Of a DNA stretch of 64,000 nucleotides, positions 11,059-24,455 are shown piece by piece. Position numbers and translations under genes: made by a program. The DNA comes from Carcharhinus longimanus (lineage: Eukaryota): contig JASCQW010000098.1 in NCBI GenBank assembly GCA_030264375.1, positions 75,506,684 to 75,570,683 of the forward strand, written 5' to 3'. Within the stretch, counting starts at the first letter, position 1. The number at the start of each line of letters is the position of its first letter. The notes beneath the pieces are model-generated. The model was not told the DNA's origin. It searched no databases and saw nothing but the letters and a program-made list of their open reading frames with translations.

Positions 11059-13289
11059 NNNNNNNNNNNNAGATTGCAGCATGAGCACAGTAGGACAACA
11101 AAGACTAGTTGCACGTTGTAATGTTCTGCAGTTGTGATGTGGGTGCTCCCAATATAGGTGAAGGTGACTTCTAGTGTCACTGATAGCCATTTGAACCTGC
11201 TGTTAAGGGACCTAGCAACTGATTCACAAACCCACAGTGAAATTCATAGATATGTAATAGATTTTCTACCTGCTTTGTCAACCCTACTTAATCTTTATGT
11301 AGCTTCACTTATTGAGGACGCAGCAAAAGTTGTGGAAGTGGCCTCAATTATAACAGCAAGGTGCAAACTGCATCTAGTGACAATTCTTACAGCTTGCACC
11401 TGTTATTGCAATTTGCCCCAAGACCCAATTTTTGATGGGCGTGAGCATCCTGTTGCAGGTATGTTTAAAACACCTGAAAATAGGCCACAACCAATTTCAA
11501 ACCCACAGTATCTGTATTTTGGGTCTCAGTTTGACTCAATGATAGATTTTCACTGGACTTCGTAACACAAATCGAGGCTAACATTACATTGCAATCCTTA
11601 ACAAGTGCTGCATCATAAAATGGTCCATCTTACGGATGTTCTCTTGATATATTAGATTCCATGCTACCTTTTAGATTAGAATAGAAATTTCATGTCATGC
11701 TGAGGCTACCCATACACCCTTTTACACAGACTAACTGGTCATTTAGATGATTCCTGTTTGCCTGGCATGCATCGGCTGCTGAATGTCTACACAACCAATA
11801 ATGACTTGAAAAGTGATTCATTGGTTTCAAAATATTTTACAATACCCTAACAAGGTGAAAGGTGAGTTCTTTTATTGTTTTTCTTCTTCATGTCTCAGAG
11901 GCAAAAGTGTGGTCAGTTGGGTCAAGTTAACATTTTGACTCTTCTTTCACTTTGTAATTGTAAACTTTTGCTGCCGGCTATATTTTCTGAAATGAAGCAG
12001 AGGATGGTCTGTAAGGGGAAACAGTAGGATTCTTGCATAGTTAGCAGATAACATCTCTCAAGAAGGCATTACCTCAGTGATTTTTCTTTTCTTCATTTGG
12101 ATGAGTCCAACCTGAAGGTATGTGGGAGAATGAAGAGGACTTTACCAAAGATAGGTAATTGCATATCTGTGTTCTGCCTTCTTGCATCAACTTGAATCTC
12201 TGCTGCTGGCTCCTTCAAAAGAACAAGGACACAGTCACTGAAACCTTCATGCAGTGAGGGCTATTAGGAAATGACATGAATGCATGGTTACTGACACAAG
12301 GTGTTTTATAGTTCAATTTAATAAATGTGTTAATTTGGAAGTGGAGATTGAACAGCATTCAAAGAATAAGGTAAACCGTACTGAAGGTAGGTTATCAGTT
12401 TAACTGAAATAAAATTTGTACTGTTTGCTAGTTTAACCATTTGTTTTCTAAATATTTATCCACCTTAATGCCAAACACCAAATTATTATAACAGTTATTA
12501 CTGAAATCAAGCAGCATTATTGTTATTGCTAATTTCTGCATGATGTGGTACCAGATGTTCAATCTTTCTGACAGTTGTGCATTTTACTTCAAATGGTGCA
12601 AAAGCAAACAAACAAAGCATATTTTTAATGATCAAATCCAATTCATAGAAATGATATGCCTTTTAAAAATATTGTAACTATTCATTTAATCAGATAATAA
12701 ACTCAATGTGGAGAAACTATTAACTGGGTCATAAACGTAAGTGTAAAGATATTTTTATGTTACCTCAATAAAAACATTACAAAGTAGCCTATTGAAATAT
12801 TGATTTCAAAATGACTTTCGTGATAATGCTGGAAAGAGATCAATCCATTAAATGTTTCACCGCTGCCCCCATCCCCCCCACACAAAAAAATTAAAAGCAT
12901 TTATTAATGAAGGTATTTAATTCTTTAGTATAGCATCACAACCCCGCAATTGTGACCAAGAACAAGTGTCTTAGTGTTTTGTCTTCACCAAACCTTGAAG
13001 TCAGTTTGAAATATGAATTATTATACATGTAGTTGAAGTCCCCAAGTAGATTACAGAGAATCAGCACACATATTTGAGTAGAAAACTAATTACAATACTA
13101 TTCCTATTTGCTTTTGGATTGCCATTTCAAGAAGATGAAATGTATCTCTCTTTAAAATGCAGCATGCTACTTTTACTAAGCATGTATTATAGATCTTAAA
13201 CTGATGTGTGCCATTCTATGATTGGAAACATAAAGTCTAAACATTAAATAGATATGCTGCATTCAGGTTGTGCAAATTTGTTTTGCCAG

Positions 13290-13428
13290 GTTCCAAAAGG
13301 ATCCAACCTGGTCAGAAACAGGTGACCGATACCTATTAAAGCTGTTCAGAGATCATCTTTTCCACCAGTTGACTGAAGCTGGTACTCCATGGATTGACCT
13401 CAGCCACATAGTCTCCTGTTTGAACAAG
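13290..13428 (+). CDS. PAN3: PAN3 penultimate exon
   Basis: ccag|G TTC CAA...AAC AAG|gtaata; [46 protein letters not shown]. Confidence 0.98.
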
Positions 13429-13646
13429 GTAATAGATCATATGCAGAGTGATAATATAGCAGGCACTGCCATGGTATTTTGGTAACATTGTTGGCACAAT
13501 ATTTATTTGCAAAATAATTTTACAGTTTTCTTTGGTAACCCCAAAGCATACAACTGACTCTGTATTAAATACACAATTTAACATTTCATTTTTGTGCTTT
13601 CTGGTGTTTGAAAATTGATCAGTGTTAACTTTTTGTTTGTTTGCAG

Positions 13647-13787
13647 TTGGATGCTGGTGTACCAGAAAAAATAAGTCTTGTTTCTCGAGACGAAAAGAGT
13701 GTTCTTGTGGTGACATATGCTGATCTGAAGCGTTGTTTTGAAAGCGCTTTCTCGGAACTCCTAGCAGCTTCAAATGGACAGTTGTAG
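13647..13787 (+). CDS. PAN3: PAN3 terminal coding exon
   Basis: tttgcag|TTG GAT GCT...CAG TTG TAG; LDAGVPEKISLVSRDEKSVLVVTYADLKRCFESAFSELLAASNGQL*, matching the PAN3 C-terminus. Confidence 0.98.
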   Translation: MDAGVPEKISLVSRDEKSVLVVTYADLKRCFESAFSELLAASNGQL

Positions 13788-16700
13788 TATTTGCTGTGCT
13801 CAGGCAAAACATCGCCGAAGAACAATATAAAGAGCTAATTGCACTACAACTGTATTCATGCCACCTCATTTCACATTTAAAAGACAAATGTAAATGAGCA
13901 GCGCTGCTTGCACTTCGGTCAGGTACACTGTTACTTGAAGGAAAAACGTCCATATTACAGGAGCCTAGAACTGCCATCAGAGGTTGTTTCTGTGAAGACT
14001 GTTTTTAAATTGGGAAGCGGCATCAGATGCATGATGATCCCAGTTTTATTTTTTCACATGTTTGTGCACTAATTTTAAGTTCAAGACTTGTGATCTTTAA
14101 GGATTTACCACATGTAATTTTGATAAGGGAAAATCGTTATCTTTAAAATTACTTTCTGGGTAACAGCATATGCCCTAAGGAAGATGTTGAAGTGACTGAA
14201 CTGCAACCAAACCTATGGCAAGGACTAGACTAGGTGAAAATGCCATTGGATATGCTATTTGGGTGAACTGAATTCCGATGGGTTATATTTCTGGCAAAAG
14301 ACATGCTGGACTTCAGATTGACTGCCATGTGCTATCACTTAGAAAACCAAACTACAGAAAGCATATTTTTATGGAAATCAGGTGGAATATTATATGGACG
14401 CTATTCTTCTAGGAACTAAACAGCTCCTGTGTGTCAGTGTTGATGGCATCTTTGTGAACTGTCACAGCTACACATCTTTCATAACAAAATTAAAAAGTAG
14501 CTTTTTTGCTTCATACAGTTACCAGCGCCTTTTTTAAAAAAAACAAATTCAGTGTAATTGGAACAGGTAAGATGCCTCTACATTTATGCAAGCTTTTTTT
14601 TATAGGAGACTAATTTTTAAATTGGGTTCAATACCTGAAATGTCAGGAGTGGATTAGGTTTTGTTATGTATCATTTAATTTTGTATAAAGTTCTATTATT
14701 TGAACAGCAGCTTTAATAGGGTACTTTACACTGGATAAGGAAACAAACAAGAACTTTGTCAAGTACACTTGCACAAAAACACAGCAGTTGTTTTACAGTA
14801 ATAACCTGTGCAATTTTGGAAGGATTGTGGGCTGCTGTGCCTTTAAAATACTGTTGCCCCAAAGTTGGCTTTGCAATTAGTCATCCTAATTATAGATATG
14901 TGGAACTACCTAAAGTGTGATGTTTCAGTTTCTTGAAGTTAGAAACTATATCACTTTTTGGGGGAAAATTATTTCACTTGCAGAATCAAATTCTAAATGT
15001 GTTGTCAAAAATTGAAATTGAACCATTTGGGAAATAAGAAGAACATATCAAAATTCAATGCAGACTTGTTCAACCAAACAATCATACATGACTGCCAAAT
15101 CCATTGGGCCAAAATGTAGAAGTGAATATAAAGAAAGTGAATTCAGTGTAATGACTGTGACATGTCTTTTCTTCCCAGCATTAAATATTTTATAATACTG
15201 GCTGCTTTGTGGGATAAATGCTGATACTTAAAGCAATACAGTCTTTACNNNNNNNNNNNNNNNNNNNNNNNNNNNNNNNNNNNNNNCTTAAAATTCTGTA
15301 GATTGGATTCATTTCAGTATTGGCAACACCGTTCATGCAAAAGATTTGGAAGGTAAACTTGTTTGGCGACCACAACAAGGTTCATTTGGTAGCATCAGTT
15401 GAAATTAATGGGGAAAGACTACATATATTTGTGATTATGACACATTTGTATGCATTCTGTGCAAATTGACCTATGACCAGGCTGTAGAAGCAATCGCAAT
15501 GTTTCTCTCATTTTAATTGTAAAGGAATTGAGGAAACTCTGCTATATTCTTTCATGNNNNNNNNNNTGTCCAAAGTAAAGTTGTGTCAAGAGCTCATCTG
15601 TTTGACAGAGAAGCAGCTGTTTTTTTGTATGTTTTGGGGAAAAAATGCATTTTTTTTATAAAATCATAAAAAAATAAAAAAATGGTATTCTGACATAATG
15701 AGGAGAAATACTGTATTTATATCATTCTGTGCACTTCAAAAGGTTGTTGTTTCTTCATTGTTTGTGAATAATTGCAGAAAGGGGATCATCTATGGGTATT
15801 AAGGGTTGGGAGTGCTTGGCCTCCTCATTCTCAGTATGGACCAATATTTGGGTAAAAGGCAGAGGTAAACAGGGCTTAAATTTTGATGTTTACTCAACCA
15901 GCACACTGCCTCTGGATTATCAAAAGCAAAAAAAATTCTGATTCCTCTGTTCTTACCTCTAATGTGATTTTATAGTGAGGTAACTAAATGCCTACAATAT
16001 TAATTTGAATGTATTCATGATCCAGCCCAAGTGAGCATTTGCACATCAGATTGTACATTCTTTGCTCCTTTGTTACCATATTTAACATCTCTAGTCACCA
16101 TGAGATTTTAGGTCTAGATCTATGAAATTTACCAACAGACGTATATTTGGAAGTGTTCCAAATGTGCTAAACTGTTTCCAGTTCATGTAGTTATAGAATA
16201 TTTACAGCTGGGCTTTGAAGTTGTTATTGATTTCTTAAAATCTTGGGCACCTGTACTTAAGTTAATGCATCAGCTATTTCAAAACAGTTTTAAAAAGTCT
16301 TGAAATACATTGAGGAATGTGCTCCCTTTTGATGATCCAGTGCCAGCCCTTGAAATCACATGGTGACTTCAACTTTTGAAATCATGTATTCTTTGAAAAT
16401 TATTTTCAATTATATACAGGGTTTTCAGTTGGCTAATGCTGTTTAAAACAATCCACATATGTATTACTAAAAAATAGTTTTTATATATTCTGTACGTAAC
16501 AGTTTTTTTGTAAGAAAACCTTGTAAGCATATCCAGCGCATGTTCCACTTTGGCCTTATTTTGTTTCTTTGTAAAGAAAAGAATCCTTAAACCAGCTACC
16601 ACAAAAGAATTGATCAGTTTTGTCTGCTACGATCCCTNNNNNNNNNNNNNNNNNNNNNNNNNNNNNNNNNNNNNNNNNNNNNNNNNNNNNNNNNNNNNNN

Positions 16701-16825
16701 NNNNNNNNNNNNNNNNNNNNNNNNNNNNNNNNNNNNNCTCCTCCATGTTAAATGTTTCCATCTCTGATTTAAACTTTTGTGTGTACAGCAGTATTTTAAT
16801 AAAGAATACCAGAATTCAAGTCTCG
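13788..16825 (+). other. PAN3: PAN3 3'UTR (putative extent)
   Basis: About 3 kb of AU-rich sequence with no recognised repeats after the stop; AATAAA at 16798-16803 is followed by a GU-rich tract (tatgttgtttgtg); repeats resume after ~17240. Confidence 0.6.
16798..16803 (+). terminator. Candidate PAN3 polyadenylation signal AATAAA
   Basis: TGTA upstream (gtgtacag), AATAAA, downstream GU-rich element. Confidence 0.55.
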
Positions 16826-17244
16826 CCTATATGTTGTTTGTGAAAGTAACAATTAAATAATTCAGAAATCCACATTAATGTGAAAATTACTTGCTGTATT
16901 TCAGAATTTTCCAGCTTATTACTTTGCAAGTTTGCATTATTTATATAATATGAAATGAAATTGGGTACAATGTTTAAGGTGGTACATTTGGTTGGAAAAA
17001 ATAATTACACAAGTAGTGACAAGATGACTATCTCAAAAATAGAAAATTCAGTATTACTACCACGAGCTTAAAAGTAATGCATTTATGAAAAGTTGCACTG
17101 TTGTAATTCAGTCCTCAGGAAGTGAATTGATTCAGGGCATAACTGCAATCAAAATTAGAATTTAAGATCATGTGTAACTTTTATCATTCATAATTTTCCA
17201 CTTTGGTTAGCTGAGTCTTTAATAATGGACTGTATGTTGATATG

Positions 17245-19510
17245 GGACAGGAGGAGGTCAGTCTGTTCATCATGACTGTGCCAGCAATTTGTTAGAGTTG
17301 TCCAGTTAACCCTACTCCCTGCTCTTTCCCAATAGCACTGTAAGTTCTTTTCCTGTTCAAAGCTTTGTCCAATTCACTTCTGAATGTTCCTTTTGAATCA
17401 GTTTCCAACAATCTTTCAATCAATCCATTCTAGATCACAACTTTGTTTTTTAAAAAACGGTTTCCTCATGTCACCTCTGATTCTTTTGCCAAGCACATTA
17501 TATCTGTGTGCTATGGTTACTGACCCTTCTGCCACTGGAAAAAAGTTTCATTCATAGTATTAAAACCATTCATGATTTTGAACTACTTCTGTTAAATCTC
17601 CTCACACTTTTCTGCTCTCAGGAGAACCCCAGTTTCTCCAATCAGTACACAACTAAAGTCCCTCACCTATGATACCATTCTCATAAATCTCTTTTGCATC
17701 CTTTCCAATGCCATGACATCCCTTCTGAAGTGTAGTGCCCTGAACTGACTGTGGTACTTCAGCTGGTGCTTAACCAGTGTGTGATAGAAGGTTAATGTAA
17801 CTTCCTGCTTTCAGGTATTGGTCCTCTGTTAATGAAACCAAGAATCCTATTCCTTTTTTAAACTGTTTTTCCAGCTTGGCTTGCTACGTTCAAAGATTTG
17901 TGTACATACCCTTCCAGGTCTCTATGCCTTTTTGCTTATATTGTCTTCCCTTTTCATACTGTATCACTTCACACTTCTCTCAATTAAATTTAACCTGCCA
18001 TGTGTCTTCCATTTCATGAGTCTGTTTCCTGAAGTCTGTTACCATTTCCTCACTGTTTACTATGATTGAGTTTTATAGCATCTGCAAACATGGAAATTAT
18101 TTCCTGTATAACCAATTCCAAATCATTATCATGAGCAACAGAGCAGCAGTTCTAATAGTGAAAACACCACTGTGTACTTTACCCTCGTATGAGAAAGAAT
18201 TGTGTACTATTACTCCATGTTTTCTCATGCTTAGTCAATTTTGTATCCATGTTGACACTGTCTTATTTTGTTAAAAAGGCTACAAGATTGTTAACAAATC
18301 TATTATTTGGTTCTTTATTAAAAGTCTTTTAAAAGTCTATGTACACAAGATTAACTGTATTACCCTCATCAGCTCTCTGTTTCTTTGTCAGTGAATGCAA
18401 TCAAGTTAGTCAAATACTATTTTATTTTAATAAATGGTGGTGGCTTTAATTTTTCTAATACTTTTTCAAATATCAATTGCTTTTATCCTGTATTATTGGT
18501 CTCTAACTTCCCCTCTGCTAGCATACATCTAATTGACCTGTAATTGCTCAGTTCATCTCTCTCCTCCTTTTTAAACAGGGTTGTAACATTTGCAGTCTTC
18601 ACTACTCCTATGCTAAGGAGGATTGGAAAATTTTTGATCAAGTCCTCACAATATCCACCCTTGTCTCACCCAGAAATGTAGGATGCATCTCATCCAGACT
18701 GGGTGACATTTCTACTTTTGGGACTGCAACCCTTTAATTACTACTTTATGTTTTTCCTATCCAATATTGCTTTTGCTGCCTTCACAGCAATGTTGGCAAC
18801 ATCCTCTCCTTGTGGATACAAATGTAAAGTACTTATTAAATACCTTTGGCTCCACAAGAATAGCTTCCTCTCTCCTCCCACCCCCACAAATCAGGCCATG
18901 CCCCGTGACTGCATTTTTACTATTTATATGTTCATAAAATACTTTTATGTTGTTTGCTAGTTTATTCACACACACTGCTCCTTTTACTCACTCTTTGCTC
19001 TCTTCTGTACTTGACTTGCTATTGTACTGTGAATCTTACAATCATCATAGGCCTCCTTTTCCTGTTTAATTTTATTCTTTAATTATTCCCAGGATATATA
19101 TGCCTAAATGCCATTCCATTCCCCTCTTGGAAATGTGTTAATTTTACCCAATCCATTTCCCCTTTGACGGATTCCCATTGTTCAATTTACTGTCTTGCTA
19201 ATTAATGTTTGATTCCAGTCCACTTGGGCCAGATCCACTTTTCAATTTTGATAAAATTAGTCTTCCTCCAGTAAATTATCTTTATTCTTGATTGCAACTT
19301 GGCTTTTTCATAATAATCCTAAAGATGTTATGATTAGTGTTTCCCAGATACTGTCCTACTGAAACTAGCTCCAGTTGTCCCATAGCCTCGCTAGATTCAT
19401 TGCTGCTTCCTTCCTTGTTAAGCTGGAAACACTGATCAAGAAAGTCTTTGTGCACATTTCAGGAATTACTTTCCCTCTTTGCCCTTTGTCCAATTACTAT
19501 CTCAATGCAT
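17245..19510 (-). mobile_element. Old CR1/L3 LINE ORF2 remnant (~2.2 kb)
   Basis: Minus-strand remnants of the CR1 3' tail, EY..QF.A (ccctgaactgactgtggtacttc), FAD (catctgcaaa), YIDF.K.F (aaagtctatgtaca), SP.PD.MHP (ggatgcatctcatccagactggg), endonuclease end. Confidence 0.75.
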
Positions 19511-20029
19511 ACCAGGATATTATCAGGCAATTTTACAATGAAGTATAAAATAAATTAGAATTTGAAGCATCGCTAGTAATGTTGCAGTTCTGTGTCTCTG
19601 CAATACACTGATCATTGAAATAGGTAAGTTTTTGATTGCTCTTTTATCTGATTTGACTCCTTTTAAAACACTTGCCTCAGCTTCATATTGCAGTAAAGTA
19701 CAGCATGCTGAATTTTAGTCAAGGCTTTTGTTTTACAGTCTTTACTCCTTTTATCAGAAAGTGAATTTACTATTGTAAAAGATAACGTCCATACATGCAA
19801 CTAAGAACGTTTCTAAACTTGGTTAAATTTGAGATCTGTTTCTTTGCTGTATTTCACCAATCAATTTGTTGCTTTTTAAATTGACATACTAGAAATCCTC
19901 AAATGGAAAATATCATCTTAGATTTTTGTAGTGTAGTCTAAAGATCTTCACTCCAGTTGTATTGCATGAGTCCCTGCAGTTGTAATTTAAATATCTTTAT
20001 GATTCACTTTAAGGGGATGTTCTTATCAA

Positions 20030-20440
20030 AGTGCTCAGTTAGTAGCACTGTCACCTCTCCAAGTGTTTGAGCTCCCTCAAATTAAATTTAATTAAAACAT
20101 ATAATCTGGGCTTACGTTCTGGGGCAGCTTTGAGGAAGTACTGTGGAAAAATTATTGGAGATTCTGACCTATGGATGGAACATTAAACTAAGTTTGTCTG
20201 TTTAATTTTGTTAGGTGGAATGTCCTATGCCACTGTTGGAAAGAGCCATATTCTCGAAGCATTCTGGCCAACATTCCTCCTGCAGTCAATCTCAATTAAA
20301 TGCTCATTGTTGCTAATGACAGGTTGCCATAAACAAAATGACTTGCAATTTACTAACATAAGTATTGCATCTTTTGGATGTGGAAATACTTTGGGATCAT
20401 TCTGCGATACAGATTCTTTATTGCTATGTATTTAGGGATG
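20030..20440 (+). mobile_element. Degenerate DeuSINE
   Basis: gctcagtt-gtagcactgtcacctct head; L2-like tail (tactttgggatcattctg). Confidence 0.5.
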
Positions 20441-20823
20441 CTCTTTTTCTATATGGTTTCAGGGAAAAAAATAATTGAAGAAAACTCTTCTGTGTGTGTC
20501 TGAGTGGCTTGGTGAAAACAGCCCTTTGAGGGAGCAGGAATTTTGTACCTATCGAGGTTGTGGGAAATTAGAATACTTTACTTCAAATTTTTACAATGGT
20601 AACATTGTATACAAGGTCAATTAAACTCAAGGCAGATTCCTTGTACATTATTCCAAAGTGTGTTTTAACCCAAACTTAAGAATATTCTACCCAGCATTAC
20701 TGAGACATTTCTGTTTTCCATACTACCCTTGCAGTTTGCTGGTATGAGCTGTTGAACTTAGAATTGAAGCCCAGACAGGTTGTGAAATTCACAAAGTAGT
20801 AAGTTTAGGTGTGCTTTAGCCTT

Positions 20824-21005
20824 TTTGATTTGATTTATTATTGTTATATCTATTAGAATACAATGAAAAGTATTATTTCTTGTGCGCTATACAGACGAAA
20901 CATACGGTACATAGAGACGGAAAGGAGAGAGTGGAGAATATAGTGTTACAGTCATAGCTAGGGTGTAGAGAAAGATCAACTTAATACAAGACAGGTCCAT
21001 TCTTT
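20824..21005 (-). mobile_element. LINE 3' end with (ATTTG)n tail (L2/Rex-like)
   Basis: tttgatttgatttattattgt...caatgaaaagtatt.tttcttg.gcgctatacagac. Confidence 0.5.
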
Positions 21006-21209
21006 AAAGATTCAAAGCATAATCCTGATCTGTTGGCTTGACAAAATACTGGATGCTGTTTCAAAACAAACGGAGTAAAGCAATAAATGTAAATCGGCAT
21101 GTTTATGAAAGTAGGTTATAATCAGGATCTTGTTTATATTTAGTAAAGAGTTATTAGATAAGCGTTGATATCTAAGCCTTGATCTTTCAGAAGTATTTCC
21201 TAAAGGAAT

Positions 21210-21490
21210 ACATAAGAACATAAGAAATAGGAGCAGGACTAGGCCATCTAGCCCTTCGAGCCTGCCCTGCCATTCAATAAGATCATGGCNNNNNNNNNNN
21301 NNNNNNNNNNNNNNNNNNNNNNNNNNNNNNNNNNNNNNNNNNNNNNNNNNNNNNNNNNNNNNNNNNNNNNNNNNNNNNNNNNNNNNNNNTAACCCCCTCA
21401 TCTCCGGTATCAGCCTGGTGAACCTTCTCTGTACTCCCTCCAAGGCCAATATATCCTTTCGCAAATGCGGTGACCAAAACTGAATACCTG
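21210..21490 (-). mobile_element. Young CR1 3' fragment
   Basis: QFWSPHLRKDILALEGVQRRFTRLIPEMRGL and (cataagaa)n tail; spans a gap. Confidence 0.9.
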
Positions 21491-21751
21491 CAACTGAAGT
21501 GCATCCACAAAGTTTCCAATTGGCAACAGGCAGCAATGCAATAAAACTGTAATTATTCTGTTTGCTCAGCTGTGACTGTTCAGGTTCCTAGAATCTCCTG
21601 ATACACTCTTGCAAAAGCTTTTATTTCTAAATCTTAAGCTGCTGATTGTATATAAACAGCAGGAAAGGCAGCAGCTTGCCAAAATCAGTTATTTGCAAAA
21701 GTGAAATACTGCAGATGCATGGAAATCTAAAATAAGTACAGAAACATTGTG

Positions 21752-22595
21752 AGGGTGATTCTCCACCCATGCACACCCCAGTGCAAAAAGCATTATGGCC
21801 AGAAAATCTTCTGAGGGGGGTCATTATGCTAAGAACTCCCTTTGGAATCTCCCATCCCACCCCCCCCCCCCCCCGCACTCCCCAAACAACCCAACAGTGA
21901 AATAATCATGTTTTCCCCCTAGATTACCATATTTGAATCTTAATTTAAATATGCATATCCGGGTTTTAGCTGGATTTACCTAGCTCCCAGTATTACCAAC
22001 CTGCCAGTACAATGGGCAGCAGGCGCGAATCACTGATAGTTTCCACAAAGACCTGGCTGTTACTGGGGAGGGGCGGGGGGAAGGTGGTGGTACTTGGAGG
22101 CAGTTGGAATCTCTGGATAGTCAAGGACATGATTCGGAGTGTGCTGGCACTGGTGCCAGAGGACATTGCCAGGTTAGCACTGCCAGGTGACAGGGTCTGA
22201 AAGTGGGGAAATGGGGGGGAGGGGGGAGCTTGAAAGAAAGATGGCATATGGGTGGGGGGGGCTGAAGCGGGAGGATCTTTGGCGACCCCATAGGGTTTTG
22301 CAGACTTCAGGGTGGGGAGAGGCGCTGATGCCACAGAGTGGAAGCAATCGGGGGTCTTTGGAGGTGGGGGAATCTGCAGCATTGTCTGGCGATTGGGACG
22401 CCCTTTAGGTGCCCTGATCTCCAAGGAGCCGACCTTGCCGGTGCCTTTAGGTTCCACACATCTCTTTCCCGGCGGGAATTTCCTCGAGCTCCAAAAAAAT
22501 GACTGAGGGGGAATTGTGATCCAGATCTCGCCAACCCACCCGTCGGGGATCTCAGCCGGTTTCCTCACCGGGGGCAACACTTAGAAATATTTTGG
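21752..22595. mobile_element. GC-rich non-autonomous DNA transposon (family B-related)
   Basis: Starts gggtgattctcc (TIR-like), ends caacacttagaaatattttgg as at 3440-3470 and 58080-58110. Confidence 0.55.
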
Positions 22596-23730
22596 TACAG
22601 TATGTGTCCCATGTCTCCTGCCTGTGCACGATGATTGCTGATACCCATTTTCGCATTAGTTCATGCATGTTCAGAAAACCAACGACGTGTCTCAGCTGCG
22701 TCCAGCCCTGGCCTGCCAGTACCATTCTGTGTACATTGTTTCATGTCAGTACTCCTCACACAGTCCTGCTCAGAGACATAGTGACACATTATTGTTCTAT
22801 AAATACGGCACATGCATTTTTAATGGAACGGAAACAGTTCATTTGCAGTAAAAATAACACATTTAATGAAATGGGTTGCAATTTGCGACTTTTCTCCAAA
22901 TAGTCTATTCAATTCACTTCTATACCCCAGGGATTAAAATGTGTTGTTGCGATTTTAAATAATTAGTTGTACATGTATTTATAGAATTAAGTATAGGGAT
23001 TTTCACAGTCTAGTGATTCGGAACTGTTGTCATCTACATGGAACCATTAACAATGCCTTAAGGATGAATAAAGCTATGCTGCTACTTGGCTCTGGCTACT
23101 GTCAACGCTATCACTCACAATTATGTCATAGAGTAACACACTCGAACTGGCAGCAAGCAAAGCCAAGCAAAAGTGCTGGAAACACTCAGCAAGTCAAGCA
23201 ACATATGTGCAGGGGGGAAAGCATTAATGTTTCGGTCTGAATGCTTTCATCTCAGCTGAGGAAAGTTAGTAATGTATTGGATTTTGAGAAAATAATGCAG
23301 GGAAGAGTGGGAAGAACAAAAAGGAAGGTGATAGGGTGGAGGATGAGGGATTAAATGGCAGTAGATTTCATGGTTTAAAAGGGAGTGGTAATAAATGCAG
23401 GAGTGAAAAGATCTGTCTGGAGGAGATGGATAGATAGCAGCTGGATATCAGCTGTCCTAATCCAAAATAAAGAGATTTGAGAGAGAAAAACCAAACCAAT
23501 AAAAACACCAACAAATAAAAAAATTACAATTGTTTCAGTGAGTCCATAAACCTGTTGTGTGCCTAGTAGAAAGATATGCCATGTTTGTTTGAGTTTCATT
23601 GAAAGAATAACAGGCCAAGGTCAGAATGGGAGCAAGGTTGAGAATTAAAATGATTGGTTACGCAGAGTTCAGTGTCATGGTTGTGGACTGATTATAGGTG
23701 TCTTGCAAAGCACTCACCCGGTCTGCAATT

Positions 23731-24455
23731 CATAGAATCCTTAAAGTGGAGAAGGAGATTATTCAGCCCATCGAGTCTGCACTAACAATTCCATTAAGGA
23801 GTCTCATAACACCAGGTTAAAGTCCAACAGGGTTTATTTGGTAGCAAACACCACTAGCTTTTGGACCGCTGCTCCTCATCTCACTTACTGTCTTGTCTGG
23901 AGACAATACACATCTCTTTAATCTATGCTTAATGCTATCTCCACTCACATTGTCTGCACCTTGAAGACTTGATTAGCTGTAAAGACTCACATTTTAATCA
24001 GTATTCTGTAAACTGAGTGTGTTTTTATATTCCCTGTTTGTGATCAGAACTCCCCACTCACCTGACGAAGGAACAGCACTCTGAAAACCAGTGATATTTG
24101 CTACAAATAAACCTGTTGGATTTTAACCTGGAGTTGTGAGACTTCTTACTGTGTTTATCCCAGTCCAATGCTGGCATCTTCACATCCTGACAATTCCACC
24201 CAGGCCCTATCCCCGTCATTCCACATATTTACCCTGCTAATCTCCCAGACTCTAAGGGGGAATTTAGCATAGCCAATCAATCTAACCTGCACATCTTTGG
24301 AGTGTGGGAGGAAACCGGAGCACCCGGAGGAAACCGACGCAGGCACGAAGAAGAATGTACAAACTCCACATAGGCAGTCACCCAATGCTGGAATCAAATC
24401 CGGGTCCCTGGCATTGTGAGGCAGCAGTGCTAACCACTGTGCCACCTTGCCACCC
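23731..24455 (-). mobile_element. HE1/V-SINE split by a PLE insertion
   Basis: Tail 23731-23793 and body/head 24190-24455 join through the duplicated acaattcca. Confidence 0.85.
23794..24189 (+). mobile_element. Non-autonomous PLE (family 1) with inverted 5' segment
   Basis: Ends CTGACGAAGG..GAAA..gtg...aaataaacctgttggattttaacctgg; 23800-23880 is an inverted copy of this end; 9-bp TSD acaattcca. Confidence 0.8.

Noticed and set aside
11158-11565. 135-aa intronic ORF
   Set aside because: Non-ATG start, overlaps a transposon-like inverted repeat (aggtgcaa...ttgcacct), no recognised homology
13261-13289. Upstream AG (13265-13266) as alternative PAN3 acceptor
   Set aside because: Adds 23 nt and shifts frame; no supporting evidence
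13336-13977. 213-aa minus-strand ORF
   Set aside because: Antisense shadow across PAN3 exons, intron and UTR; no recognisable domain or splice support
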